The translations under genes and the position numbers were made by a program. Under the pieces are notes generated by a model. It made no database searches and was not told the DNA's origin. It was given only the letters and a program-made list of their open reading frames with translations. Source: Burkholderiales bacterium (GTDB lineage Bacteria > Pseudomonadota > Gammaproteobacteria > Burkholderiales > SG8-39). From it: a stretch of 64,000 bases of DNA. Shown here piece after piece: positions 27,889-37,128 of the stretch; position 1 is the first letter of the stretch, and the number at the start of each line of letters is the position of its first letter. The DNA lies in the NCBI GenBank assembly GCA_036559525.1, contig DATBSZ010000273.1:240-64239 (forward strand). The letters run 5' to 3'.

Positions 27889-30830
27889 GAGGCGAAGGCC
27901 TCAGCGCACGTGGCAAGCTCCGCATGGCAGCGCAGCAGGCGGAAAGCCGGCCGCGCGGCGCGCGTGCCCGAGCCGTAGGTCTTCCAGAGCTCGAGCGCTT
28001 TCCCCTTGTCGCCGCTCGCGACGTAGCCGGTCAGCGCCACCAGCAAGAGGTATTCGCGCGCATCGGCGATCAGCGGCTGCTCGCCGGCGATGAGAGGGCC
28101 GGCGAGCTCGGCCATGCGCGTCGCGTTGCGAGCCCCCACCGCCTGGAACAACGCAATCCAGCGCCGCTGGAACTCCTGCAAGCTCGAATAGCACGCGCTT
28201 CCCATCATGCGCGCCCAGACCGGCGCGAGATCGCTCGGCGCCAGGTAGGGATTGAGGGCTTTGGCAACGCGCAGGGCGCTGTGCAACCAGATATCGAGCT
28301 CGCGCGGGTCACGGCACTCGATCAGGCGCAGCTTGACGAGCTCGAGGTCCTTTTGCAGCTCCCGCGGCACCGACTCGGGCACCGGCGGGCGAGGCCGCAG
28401 CAGGAAGTCGCGCGCGTACCACGCCAGGCGTGTGTTCTCGACCCGCTCGAACGCATACGCGCCCTTGAAGAGCGGGTTGATCGCGCGCCGGCTGCGATCG
28501 CGCTCGATCAGCTCGAGCAGCGGCAGCTCTGCGTTGAGGAGCGCTACGACGTCGGCGGCGCTCTTGTCCATGAAGCGATGGCGCGCCGCGTTGAGATCGA
28601 GCACCGGCGCGTAGTCCGAGTTCGCCGGCATGCCGTAGCTCGCGAACAGCGGCTCGAGCGTGGCGCGGCTGCCGAGATAGCGCGCGTCGAGGTCGCCGGC
28701 TGTGAGGACGTGCACCGTCCAGAGCTCCTTCGCCACGCCCGGGTGCTCGAACACGCCCGCCTGGGCCTCGAGCGGCACCGGCGCGTCGCCGGCCATGATC
28801 AGCAGGTCGTAGTCGCTCGCCGCGAACACCGCGTAGTGCGGGAACTCCGCGCCGAGCGCGCCGAGCACGGTGGCGACGAGCGAAGCGTCCATCTCGTAGA
28901 GCTGGATCCACTGCACCAGCAGCCCGCCGGGGTTGAGGTGCTTGCGGATGCGGCGGTAGAACTCGCGCGTGAATAGGCTCGACACGCCGCTCACCCAGGG
29001 GTTGGAGGGCTCCGAGATGATCAGGTCGTAGCGGCGGTTGCGCGTCGAGAAGAAGCTCTTGGCGTCGTCGATCAGGATCGCGCCGCGCGGGTCGGCGAAC
29101 GCGCCGCTGTTGCGCGGCATGAAGCCGCGCGAGGCCTCGGCCATCGCCGACTCGATCTCGACGGTCTCGACGCGCTCGATGTCCAGGCTCTGCAGCAGGG
29201 TGTGGGTGGTGAGCCCGGTGCCGATGCCGATCACCGCCGCGCTCTTCGTGCCCGGCTTGAGCGCGAGCGGCAGCGCGGCGGTGAGCACCATCGTGATCTC
29301 GTCGGTGCCGCGCTCGCCGGCCGGGTTCAGGTTGATCGAGCCGTCGGACTTGCCGTTGGTGCGCAGGCTCGTGGCGTCGGAGTACCTCACCAGGTGCACC
29401 GTGGCGGTCTTGCCGTCCTTGTTGAAGAGGATCGTGGCGTCCTGCGAGGTCTGGAGCTCGCCGTGGCGGAAGACCCCGGCGGTCATCTTGTGCACGTCGA
29501 GCTCCACTCCGATTCCTACCGCGAGGAACAGCACGCCGCAGACAACAGCAACCTGGATGTAGGTTCTTTTCACAAACTGAAGAAGAACCAGGCCCAGTGC
29601 CACATCGACGAGTGCCCCCGCGATCAGCGTCCCCTTCAAGCCGAGCAGCGGCAGCCCCGCGTGCACCGCCAGCACGACACCGGCGATCGCGCCGAGGGTG
29701 TTGGCGGCGTACACCTGGCCGATCGCCGCCTCGCCCGCGCCGCGGCGCAGGAGCGCGGCGGTGATGAGCGGCAGCGTCATGCCGGCGCAGAAGGTGGCCG
29801 GCAGCATGACCATCGCGGCGATCGCGGCGCCCGAAAGATTGAACAGCAGGTAGCCGGTCTCGCTGCGCGCCAGGCCCTTCAGCAGCACCTCCATGAGCGA
29901 GAACGTGAAGTCGTACACCGGCAGCGTCGCGAGCGCAGCGAGGCCCATCGCGACCTGCACCCCGGCGAGCAAGCGCACCGGGTCGGCGGCGGCATCGGCG
30001 CGCCGCCTCACGGCGAGGCCGCCGAGGGCGAGGCCCAAGATGAAGGTGGCGAGCATCAGCTCGAATGAATGCGTCGAGGCGCCGAGGACGAGCGAGAGCA
30101 TGCGGATCCAGCCGATCTCGTAGACGAACGACGCCAGGCCGGTGAAGAAAGCGATCGCGAGGAGCAGGCCAAGATTGCTTTCTGAAACAGAAACTCTCTT
30201 GAGGGGTTCGTGGCGGGCAGGCCGCGCGAGAAGCCATACCACCCCGGCGATCACGAGATTGAGAACGCCCGCGGTCCGCAGCGTGCCGGGGAGGCCCGCC
30301 CAGGCGATCAGCACGAAGCCGCTCGCAAGCACGCCCGCGGCCGCGCCGAGGCTGTTGGTGAAATACAGCATCGCCACCGACTCGCCGGCCGCGGCGCGAT
30401 GCGCGCGCACCAGCCCAGCGCTCATCAGCGGGAAGGTCATGCCGAGCAGCACCGACTGCGGCAGGATGAGGAGCGCCGACACGGCGAGCTTCGCGCCGAG
30501 GGCGAGCCACTCGTTGCCCAGCCCGGGCAGCAGGCGGTCGTACGACCAATCGGTCACCGCGACGAACACCGGATGAAAAACGAGAGCCGCGATGCCGACG
30601 GCCGCCTCCACGATCGCGTAGGCGGCGAGCGGGTTCGCGAGGCGGGCCGAGCGGCGGCCGCACCAGGCTGCGCCGGCGGCCATTCCGCCCATGAATACGG
30701 CGAGCACCAGCGACTGCGCGTACGCCGCGTGGCCGAGAAAGAGCTTCAGGTAGTGCGTCCACACCGACTCGTAGATCAGGCCGGCGAAGCCCGAAGCCGT
30801 GAACAGGACGTAGAAGGCGCCGCGCGACAT
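27873..30830 (-). CDS. Fused polytopic-membrane / spermidine-synthase-like protein with a long C-terminal extension
   Basis: ATG 30830 (985 aa). The N-terminal ~480 aa are highly hydrophobic. A SpeE-like methyltransferase-fold core follows (VIGIGTGLTTHTLL, DLIISEPSNPWVSG). The last ~280 aa form a helical tail of unknown function. Confidence 0.75.
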   Translation of the reverse strand: MSRGAFYVLFTASGFAGLIYESVWTHYLKLFLGHAAYAQSLVLAVFMGGMAAGAAWCGRRSARLANPLAAYAIVEAAVGIAALVFHPVFVAVTDWSYDRLLPGLGNEWLALGAKLAVSALLILPQSVLLGMTFPLMSAGLVRAHRAAAGESVAMLYFTNSLGAAAGVLASGFVLIAWAGLPGTLRTAGVLNLVIAGVVWLLARPARHEPLKRVSVSESNLGLLLAIAFFTGLASFVYEIGWIRMLSLVLGASTHSFELMLATFILGLALGGLAVRRRADAAADPVRLLAGVQVAMGLAALATLPVYDFTFSLMEVLLKGLARSETGYLLFNLSGAAIAAMVMLPATFCAGMTLPLITAALLRRGAGEAAIGQVYAANTLGAIAGVVLAVHAGLPLLGLKGTLIAGALVDVALGLVLLQFVKRTYIQVAVVCGVLFLAVGIGVELDVHKMTAGVFRHGELQTSQDATILFNKDGKTATVHLVRYSDATSLRTNGKSDGSINLNPAGERGTDEITMVLTAALPLALKPGTKSAAVIGIGTGLTTHTLLQSLDIERVETVEIESAMAEASRGFMPRNSGAFADPRGAILIDDAKSFFSTRNRRYDLIISEPSNPWVSGVSSLFTREFYRRIRKHLNPGGLLVQWIQLYEMDASLVATVLGALGAEFPHYAVFAASDYDLLIMAGDAPVPLEAQAGVFEHPGVAKELWTVHVLTAGDLDARYLGSRATLEPLFASYGMPANSDYAPVLDLNAARHRFMDKSAADVVALLNAELPLLELIERDRSRRAINPLFKGAYAFERVENTRLAWYARDFLLRPRPPVPESVPRELQKDLELVKLRLIECRDPRELDIWLHSALRVAKALNPYLAPSDLAPVWARMMGSACYSSLQEFQRRWIALFQAVGARNATRMAELAGPLIAGEQPLIADAREYLLLVALTGYVASGDKGKALELWKTYGSGTRAARPAFRLLRCHAELATCAEAFASYAER

Positions 30831-30853
30831 CGGGAGCGATGCTAGTTTAAGAA

Positions 30854-31963
30854 ATGGGGTTTCGTCTTTCCGCGTTCTACTTTGCGTTTTTCGCGTATGC
30901 CGGCGTGTACGTGGCGTATTTCCCGCTTTACCTCGCCGGCCGCGGCTTGAGCGCGGTGGAGATCGCCTGGGTGCTCGCGCTGCCGCCGCTCGTCCGCATC
31001 GTCGCGCCCGGCGCGTGGGGCTGGCTTGCCGACCGGACCGGCGCGCACCGCGCGATCGTCGCATTCTCCAGCGCAGTGACCGCGCTTGCGTTCGCGCTCC
31101 TGCCCTTTACGGAGAATGTTGCCCTCCTGATCGCGCTGATGAGCGTGTTCTCCGCGGGGGCGCTGCCGATCGTCGAGGCGATCACGCTCGGCTCGCTCGC
31201 CGGGCAATCGGGTCGCTACGGGCCGATTCGGCTCTGGGGCTCGGTAGGCTTCATCGCCGTGGTGCTCGCCGGCGGGGTGTGGCTGGACGCCCAGCCGGTA
31301 TCGACGCTGCCGGCGGTGCTCGTCTTGTTCGCCCTCTTTACGCTGGCCATGGCGCTCGCGCTGCCTTCGATCAAGCCGCTCGGGCCATCCCGAGCGGCCA
31401 CTTTCCGGGTCAGCCCTGAAGTGCGCGCGCTCTTTGCCGCCGGCTTCTGCAACGCGGTTGCGCACGGCGCGTTGTATGCCTTCCTGAGCCTGCACCTCGA
31501 GGCGCTCGGCTACAGCGCGACGACCATTGGCATGCTCTGGACCGCCGGCGTGCTCGCCGAGATCGTGGTGTTTCTCTACCTGCCGGCGCTTTTCCGGCGA
31601 TTCGCCCTTTCGAGCGTGCTGGTCGCGAGCCTGCTCCTGGGGGTCCTGCGCTTCGCCGCCATCGGGTGGGGCGCCGGGCAGGCGTGGATAGTCCTGTTGG
31701 CGCAGCTGCTGCATGCCGCAACCTTCGGCTCGTTCCACGCGGCCAGCGTCGCCGCGGTGCAGCGCGTGTTCCCCGAGGGCGCGCAAGCCCGCGGCCAGAC
31801 ACTCTTTTCCGGTTTCACCTACGGCGCCGGCGCCGCCGCAGGGCTGGTGCTGGCCGGCTGGGCATGGGCCGGAGGAGGGGCGCCGCTCGCCTTTTCGGTG
31901 AGCGCAATGGCGGCGGCTGCGGGCGCATTCTTTGCTGCCAGGCTGAAACGGGCCGGGCTGTGA
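30854..31963 (+). CDS. MFS transporter
   Basis: 369 aa with about 12 hydrophobic helices and the loop motif GWLADRTGAHR. Divergent from the fused protein gene, with only 23 nt between the two starts. Confidence 0.75.
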   Translation: MGFRLSAFYFAFFAYAGVYVAYFPLYLAGRGLSAVEIAWVLALPPLVRIVAPGAWGWLADRTGAHRAIVAFSSAVTALAFALLPFTENVALLIALMSVFSAGALPIVEAITLGSLAGQSGRYGPIRLWGSVGFIAVVLAGGVWLDAQPVSTLPAVLVLFALFTLAMALALPSIKPLGPSRAATFRVSPEVRALFAAGFCNAVAHGALYAFLSLHLEALGYSATTIGMLWTAGVLAEIVVFLYLPALFRRFALSSVLVASLLLGVLRFAAIGWGAGQAWIVLLAQLLHAATFGSFHAASVAAVQRVFPEGAQARGQTLFSGFTYGAGAAAGLVLAGWAWAGGGAPLAFSVSAMAAAAGAFFAARLKRAGL

Positions 31964-32004
31964 GCTGTCAAACAGAACAGTCTGCCAAACGTTGAGAGGT
32001 CAAC

Positions 32005-32832
32005 ATGATTCGTGCAATTGTCGTTGCCGCCGCTGCCGCAGCGGCAGTCCTTTCCGGCTGTCAGACCGCGGAGACAACGCAGGCCGGCGTGGTCGGCGTC
32101 GACCGCGATCAACGCTTCCTGGTCTCGGCCGACGAGGTCAACGCCGGAGCGCAGAAGGCATACGCGCAGATGATGGCCGAAGCGCAGAAGAAGGGCGTGC
32201 TGGACAAGGAGCCGGCGCAGGTGCAACGCGTGCAGGCGATCACCAAGCGCCTCGTTGCGCAGGCCGGTGCGTTCAGGCCCGACGCGGCGAAGTGGCCCTG
32301 GGAAGTTCACGTCATTTCCCTGGACGAGGTGAACGCATGGTGCATGCCGGCCGGAAAGATGGCGATGTACACCGGCTTGATCCAGAAGCTCAACGCGACC
32401 GATGACGAAATTGCCGCGGTCATGGGCCACGAGATCTCGCACGCGCTGCGGGAGCACTCGCGCGAGCAGATCTCCCGGCAAATGGGAACGCAGATGGGCA
32501 TCGGCCTGGTCGGCGCGCTGTTCGGCATCGGCGAGCTCGGGCAGAGTGTCGCCGGACAGGTGGCCAACGTGACGCTCAACCTGCCGAATTCGCGCCAGGC
32601 CGAGACCGAGGCCGATCGCATCGGCATCGAGCTTGCCGCCCGGGCGGGGTTCGATCCGAACGCGGCGGTCAGCCTCTGGGAGAAGATGGCGAAGCTGGGC
32701 GGCAGCCAGCCGCCGAAGTGGCTCTCGACGCATCCGCCGCACGAAGACCGCATCAACGACCTGCGGAACTATGCGCAGAAGGTGATGCCGCTCTACACCG
32801 CTGCCAAGAGCGGCGCAGGCGCCGGCAAATAA
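32005..32832 (+). CDS. M48-family zinc metalloprotease lipoprotein (LoiP/YggG-like)
   Basis: Lipobox VLSGC and HExxH motif in VMGHEISHALREH. Confidence 0.8.
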   Translation: MIRAIVVAAAAAAAVLSGCQTAETTQAGVVGVDRDQRFLVSADEVNAGAQKAYAQMMAEAQKKGVLDKEPAQVQRVQAITKRLVAQAGAFRPDAAKWPWEVHVISLDEVNAWCMPAGKMAMYTGLIQKLNATDDEIAAVMGHEISHALREHSREQISRQMGTQMGIGLVGALFGIGELGQSVAGQVANVTLNLPNSRQAETEADRIGIELAARAGFDPNAAVSLWEKMAKLGGSQPPKWLSTHPPHEDRINDLRNYAQKVMPLYTAAKSGAGAGK

Positions 32833-32847
32833 TCTAAAATCCCATGC

Positions 32848-34260
32848 TTGGGAAAGACGCTCTACGACAAGCTTTGGGAAAGCCACGTCGTCCACGTCGA
32901 GGACGACGGGACGGCGCTGCTCTACATCGACCGCCACCTCGTCCATGAAGTGACGAGCGCGCAGGCCTATGAGGGCCTGCGCGGCGCCGGTCGCAAGCCC
33001 TGGCGCATCGAATCGGTGGTCGCCACCGCCGATCACAACACGCCGACCACCGACTGGAACCAGGGTATCGCGGGCGTGCGCGACCCGATGGCCCGGCTGC
33101 AGATCGAAACCCTCGACGCCAACATGAAGGAATTCGGCGCCAAGGTGTATTTCCCGTACCTCGACAAGCGCCAGGGCATCGTCCACGTCATCGGGCCGGA
33201 GCAGGGCGCGACCCTGCCGGGGATGACGGTCGTCTGCGGCGACTCGCATACGAGCACGCACGGCGCTTTCGGCTGTCTCGCCCACGGCATCGGCACCTCC
33301 GAAGTCGAGCACGTGCTGGCCACGCAGTGCCTGGTCACGCGCAAGATGAAGAACATGCGCGTGAACGTCGAAGGTCCGCTCGCGCGCGGCGTGACGGCGA
33401 AGGACGTGGTGCTCGCGATCATCGGCCGCATCGGAATCGCCGGCGGCACCGGCCACGCCGTCGAGTTCGCCGGCAGCACCATCCGCGCGCTGTCGATGGA
33501 AGGCCGCATGACGGTGTGCAACATGGCGATCGAGGCCGGCGCGCGCGCCGGCATGGTCGCGGTCGACGAAACCACGCTCGAGTACATCAAGGGGCGCAAG
33601 TTCGCGCCGCAGGGCTCCGACTGGGAGCGCGCGGCCGGCTACTGGCGCACGCTGAAGAGCGATCCGGACGCGAAATTCGACCGTGAAGTCACGCTCGACG
33701 CGCGCGAGATCCGGCCCCACGTCACCTGGGGCACGTCGCCCGAGATGGTGGTGTCCGTGGAGGACCGCGTGCCCGACCCGGACAAGGAGAAGGACAGCCT
33801 GCGCCGCGAAGGCATGGAGCGGGCGCTCGAGTACATGGGCCTCAAGCCGCGCACGCCGATCACCGACATCCGGATCGACAAGGTGTTCATCGGCTCATGC
33901 ACCAACTCGCGCATCGAGGACCTGCGCGCCGCCGCTGCCGTCGTCAAGGGCAAACGAATCGCATCGAATATTCGTGCGGCACTGGTCGTTCCCGGCTCGG
34001 GCCTGGTGAAGCAGCAGGCCGAACGCGAGGGCCTCGACCGCATCTTCCGCGACGCGGGCTTCGAGTGGCGCGAGCCCGGCTGCTCGATGTGCCTGGGCAT
34101 GAACCCCGATCGGCTCGATCCCGGCGAGCGCTGCGCCTCGACTTCGAATCGCAATTTCGAGGGGCGGCAGGGCACGGGAGGCCGCACCCACCTCGTCAGC
34201 CCGGCCATGGCGGCCGCTGCCGCGATCGCCGGGCATTTCGTGGACATCAGAAAATGGTGA
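32848..34260 (+). CDS. leuC: 3-isopropylmalate dehydratase large subunit
   Basis: TTG start giving (M)[14 protein letters not shown]. Aconitase-family Cys ligands are present ([15 protein letters not shown]). Confidence 0.95.
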   Translation: MGKTLYDKLWESHVVHVEDDGTALLYIDRHLVHEVTSAQAYEGLRGAGRKPWRIESVVATADHNTPTTDWNQGIAGVRDPMARLQIETLDANMKEFGAKVYFPYLDKRQGIVHVIGPEQGATLPGMTVVCGDSHTSTHGAFGCLAHGIGTSEVEHVLATQCLVTRKMKNMRVNVEGPLARGVTAKDVVLAIIGRIGIAGGTGHAVEFAGSTIRALSMEGRMTVCNMAIEAGARAGMVAVDETTLEYIKGRKFAPQGSDWERAAGYWRTLKSDPDAKFDREVTLDAREIRPHVTWGTSPEMVVSVEDRVPDPDKEKDSLRREGMERALEYMGLKPRTPITDIRIDKVFIGSCTNSRIEDLRAAAAVVKGKRIASNIRAALVVPGSGLVKQQAEREGLDRIFRDAGFEWREPGCSMCLGMNPDRLDPGERCASTSNRNFEGRQGTGGRTHLVSPAMAAAAAIAGHFVDIRKW

Positions 34261-34847
34261 AGTTCACCGTGCTGAATGGCGTGGTGATGCCGCTCGACCG
34301 CGCCAACGTCGACACCGACCAGATCATTCCGAAGCAATATCTGGCGTCGATCAAGCGCACGGGCTATGCCCAAGGACTGTTCGCGGCATGGCGCAAGGAC
34401 CCGCAATTCGTGCTCAACCAGCCGCTCTACAAGGGCGCGAGCATCCTCCTCGCGCGCAAGAATTTCGGCTGCGGCTCGTCGCGCGAGCACGCGCCCTGGG
34501 CGCTCCTGGATTACGGCTTTCGCTGCGTCATCGCGCCCTCGTTCGCGGACATCTTCTTCACGAACTCGTTCAAGAACGGCTTGCTGCCGGTGATCCTCTC
34601 CGAAGCCGAGGTCGATCGCCTGTTCCACGAGTGCGCTGCGTTCCCGGGCTTCCGCCTCGTGGTCGACCTGGAGCAGCAATCGGTTTCCACGACGAACAAC
34701 GAAAAATCGTTCCGTTTCGAGATCGACCCTTTCCGCAAGTACTGCCTGCTGAACGGCCTCGACGAGATCGGCCTCACGCTGCGCCACGCGGACGCGATCC
34801 GCGCCTTCGAGGCGCAGCGCAAGGCGCAGTATCCCTGGTACTTCTAG
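34254..34847 (+). CDS. leuD: 3-isopropylmalate dehydratase small subunit
   Basis: ATG 34254 overlaps the leuC stop. [28 protein letters not shown]...[13 protein letters not shown]. Confidence 0.95.
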   Translation: MVKFTVLNGVVMPLDRANVDTDQIIPKQYLASIKRTGYAQGLFAAWRKDPQFVLNQPLYKGASILLARKNFGCGSSREHAPWALLDYGFRCVIAPSFADIFFTNSFKNGLLPVILSEAEVDRLFHECAAFPGFRLVVDLEQQSVSTTNNEKSFRFEIDPFRKYCLLNGLDEIGLTLRHADAIRAFEAQRKAQYPWYF

Positions 34848-34848
34848 G

Positions 34849-35901
34849 ATGAAAATCGCGGTTCTGCCCGGTGACGGCATCGGGCCGGAGATCATTGCGC
34901 AGGCGCGCAAGGTTCTTCAAAAGCTGGATTTGTCGTTTGAATTCGCGGAGGCGCCGGTCGGCGGGGCGGGCTACGAGGCGGCGGGCGATCCGCTCCCCGC
35001 AGCCACCCTCCAGCTGGCAAGAGCCGCCGACGCGGTGCTGTTCGGCGCGGTCGGCGACCCGCGCTACGACAAGCTCGAGCGCGCCAAGCGCCCCGAGCAG
35101 GCGATCCTCGGGCTGCGCAAGGAGCTCGGGCTGTTCGCCAACCTGCGCCCGGCGCGCGTGCATCCCGAGCTCGCGGAAGCTTCCGCGCTGAAGCCCGAGG
35201 TCGTGTCGGGCCTCGACATCCTGATCGTGCGCGAGCTCACCGGGGATATCTATTTCGGCAAGCCGCGCGGCATCCGCCAGGTCGAGGGAATTCGCGAGGG
35301 CTTCGACACCATGCACTACAACGAGGGCGAGATCCGGCGCATCGCCCGCGTTGCTTTCGAGGCCGCGCGCAAGAGGAACAAGCGCGTCTGCTCGGTCGAC
35401 AAGGCCAACGTTCTCGAGACTTCACAGTTGTGGCGCGAAGTCGTGCAACAGGAGGCGAAAAGCTACGGCGATGTCGAGCTGACTCACATGTACGTGGACA
35501 ACTGCGCGATGCAGCTCGTGCGCAATCCCAAGCAGTTCGACGTCATCGTCACCGGCAACCTGTTCGGCGACATCCTGTCCGACGAGGCCTCGATGCTGAC
35601 GGGCTCCATCGGCATGCTGCCCTCGGCATCGCTCGACGAGCGTGGCAAGGGCCTCTACGAGCCGATCCACGGCACTGCGCCCGACATCGCGGGCAAGGGC
35701 CTCGCCAATCCTTTGGCGACCATCCTGTCGGCGGCGATGATGCTGCGCTACTCGCTGCGCCAGCCGCAGGCTGCGCAGCGCGTCGAACACGCTGTGACAA
35801 AGGTCCTCAAGTCGGGACTAAGGACCGCCGACATCCACACGCCTGGAGCGCGCCGCGTCGGCACCCAAGAAATGGGCGACGCGGTCGTGGCCGCGCTTTA
35901 A
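34849..35901 (+). CDS. leuB: 3-isopropylmalate dehydrogenase
   Basis: [15 protein letters not shown]...[26 protein letters not shown]. Confidence 0.95.
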   Translation: MKIAVLPGDGIGPEIIAQARKVLQKLDLSFEFAEAPVGGAGYEAAGDPLPAATLQLARAADAVLFGAVGDPRYDKLERAKRPEQAILGLRKELGLFANLRPARVHPELAEASALKPEVVSGLDILIVRELTGDIYFGKPRGIRQVEGIREGFDTMHYNEGEIRRIARVAFEAARKRNKRVCSVDKANVLETSQLWREVVQQEAKSYGDVELTHMYVDNCAMQLVRNPKQFDVIVTGNLFGDILSDEASMLTGSIGMLPSASLDERGKGLYEPIHGTAPDIAGKGLANPLATILSAAMMLRYSLRQPQAAQRVEHAVTKVLKSGLRTADIHTPGARRVGTQEMGDAVVAAL

Positions 35902-35904
35902 ACT

Positions 35905-37050
35905 ATGAGCATGCTGAGAGTCGGAATCGTCGGCTGGCGCGGAATGGTGGGCTCGGTGCTCGTGCAGCGCATGCGCGAGGAGCGCGACTTCGACCATGTC
36001 GAGCCGGTGTTCTTCTCCACGTCGCAGGCGGGAGGCAAGGGGCCGGAGATCGGGAAAGCGACCGAGGCGGTAAAGAACGCGACCGACCTTGCGGAACTGA
36101 AGAAGCTGCCGGTGATCATCTCGTGCCAGGGCGGCGACTACACCAGCGAGATCTATCCGAAGCTGCGCCAGCAGGGCTGGAAAGGCTACTGGATCGACGC
36201 CGCGAGCGCGCTGCGCATGAACGACGACGCCGTGATCATCCTCGACCCGCTCAACATGGATCTCATCAAGAGCGCGATCAAGGCGGGGACGAAGAATTAC
36301 ATCGGCGGAAATTGCACCGTGAGCCTGATGCTCATGGGCATGGCGGGCCTGTTCCAGCGCGACGAGGTCGAGTGGATGACGAGCATGACCTACCAGGCGG
36401 CCTCGGGTCAGGGCGCGGCGGCGATGCGCGACCTGGTGGCGCAGATGGCGACGATTGCCGATCGCTCGCAGCAACTGCTCGACGACCCGGCCTCGGCCAT
36501 CCTGGAGATCGACCGCAACGTCACGGAGTCGATCCGCGCCCGCGATCTTCCGAGGAAAACCATCGGCTACCCGCTCGCCGGCAGCCTGCTGCCGTGGATC
36601 GACAAGGACCTCGGCAACGGACAAAGCCGCGAGGAGTGGAAAGCCCAGGCGGAGGCGAACAAGATTCTCGGCCGTGGCAATGGGAAAAACGGAGCCAAGG
36701 CCATTCCCATGGACGGCGTCTGCGTGCGCGTCGGGGCGATGCGGTGCCATAGCCAGGCCATGACCATCAAGCTGCGCCGGCCGGTGCCCATGGACGAGGT
36801 GGAGGGGATGCTCGCCGACGCCCATGACTGGGTGAAAGTCGTCCCCAATCGGCGGGAGGAAACGCTGGCCGAGCTCACCCCGGCGGCCGTGACCGGCAAG
36901 CTGACGGTGCCGGTAGGCCGGCTGCGCAAGCTCCCCATGGGGGACGACTACCTGGCGGCCTTTACCGTGGGCGATCAGCTCCTTTGGGGGGCCGCCGAGC
37001 CCCTCCGGCGCATGGTCCGTATCCTTTTGGACGCCGGGGTTAAGCAGTAA
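35905..37050 (+). CDS. asd: Aspartate-semialdehyde dehydrogenase
   Basis: [14 protein letters not shown]...[11 protein letters not shown] (active-site Cys). leuB-asd-fimV synteny. Confidence 0.93.
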   Translation: MSMLRVGIVGWRGMVGSVLVQRMREERDFDHVEPVFFSTSQAGGKGPEIGKATEAVKNATDLAELKKLPVIISCQGGDYTSEIYPKLRQQGWKGYWIDAASALRMNDDAVIILDPLNMDLIKSAIKAGTKNYIGGNCTVSLMLMGMAGLFQRDEVEWMTSMTYQAASGQGAAAMRDLVAQMATIADRSQQLLDDPASAILEIDRNVTESIRARDLPRKTIGYPLAGSLLPWIDKDLGNGQSREEWKAQAEANKILGRGNGKNGAKAIPMDGVCVRVGAMRCHSQAMTIKLRRPVPMDEVEGMLADAHDWVKVVPNRREETLAELTPAAVTGKLTVPVGRLRKLPMGDDYLAAFTVGDQLLWGAAEPLRRMVRILLDAGVKQ

Positions 37051-37128
37051 TAAATCAAGAAAGTTTCTCGATTTGCAGGCCTAAGACCATGATGTTAAGG
37101 TACTTGGTCCTTCTAAGAAGACTCAGGG

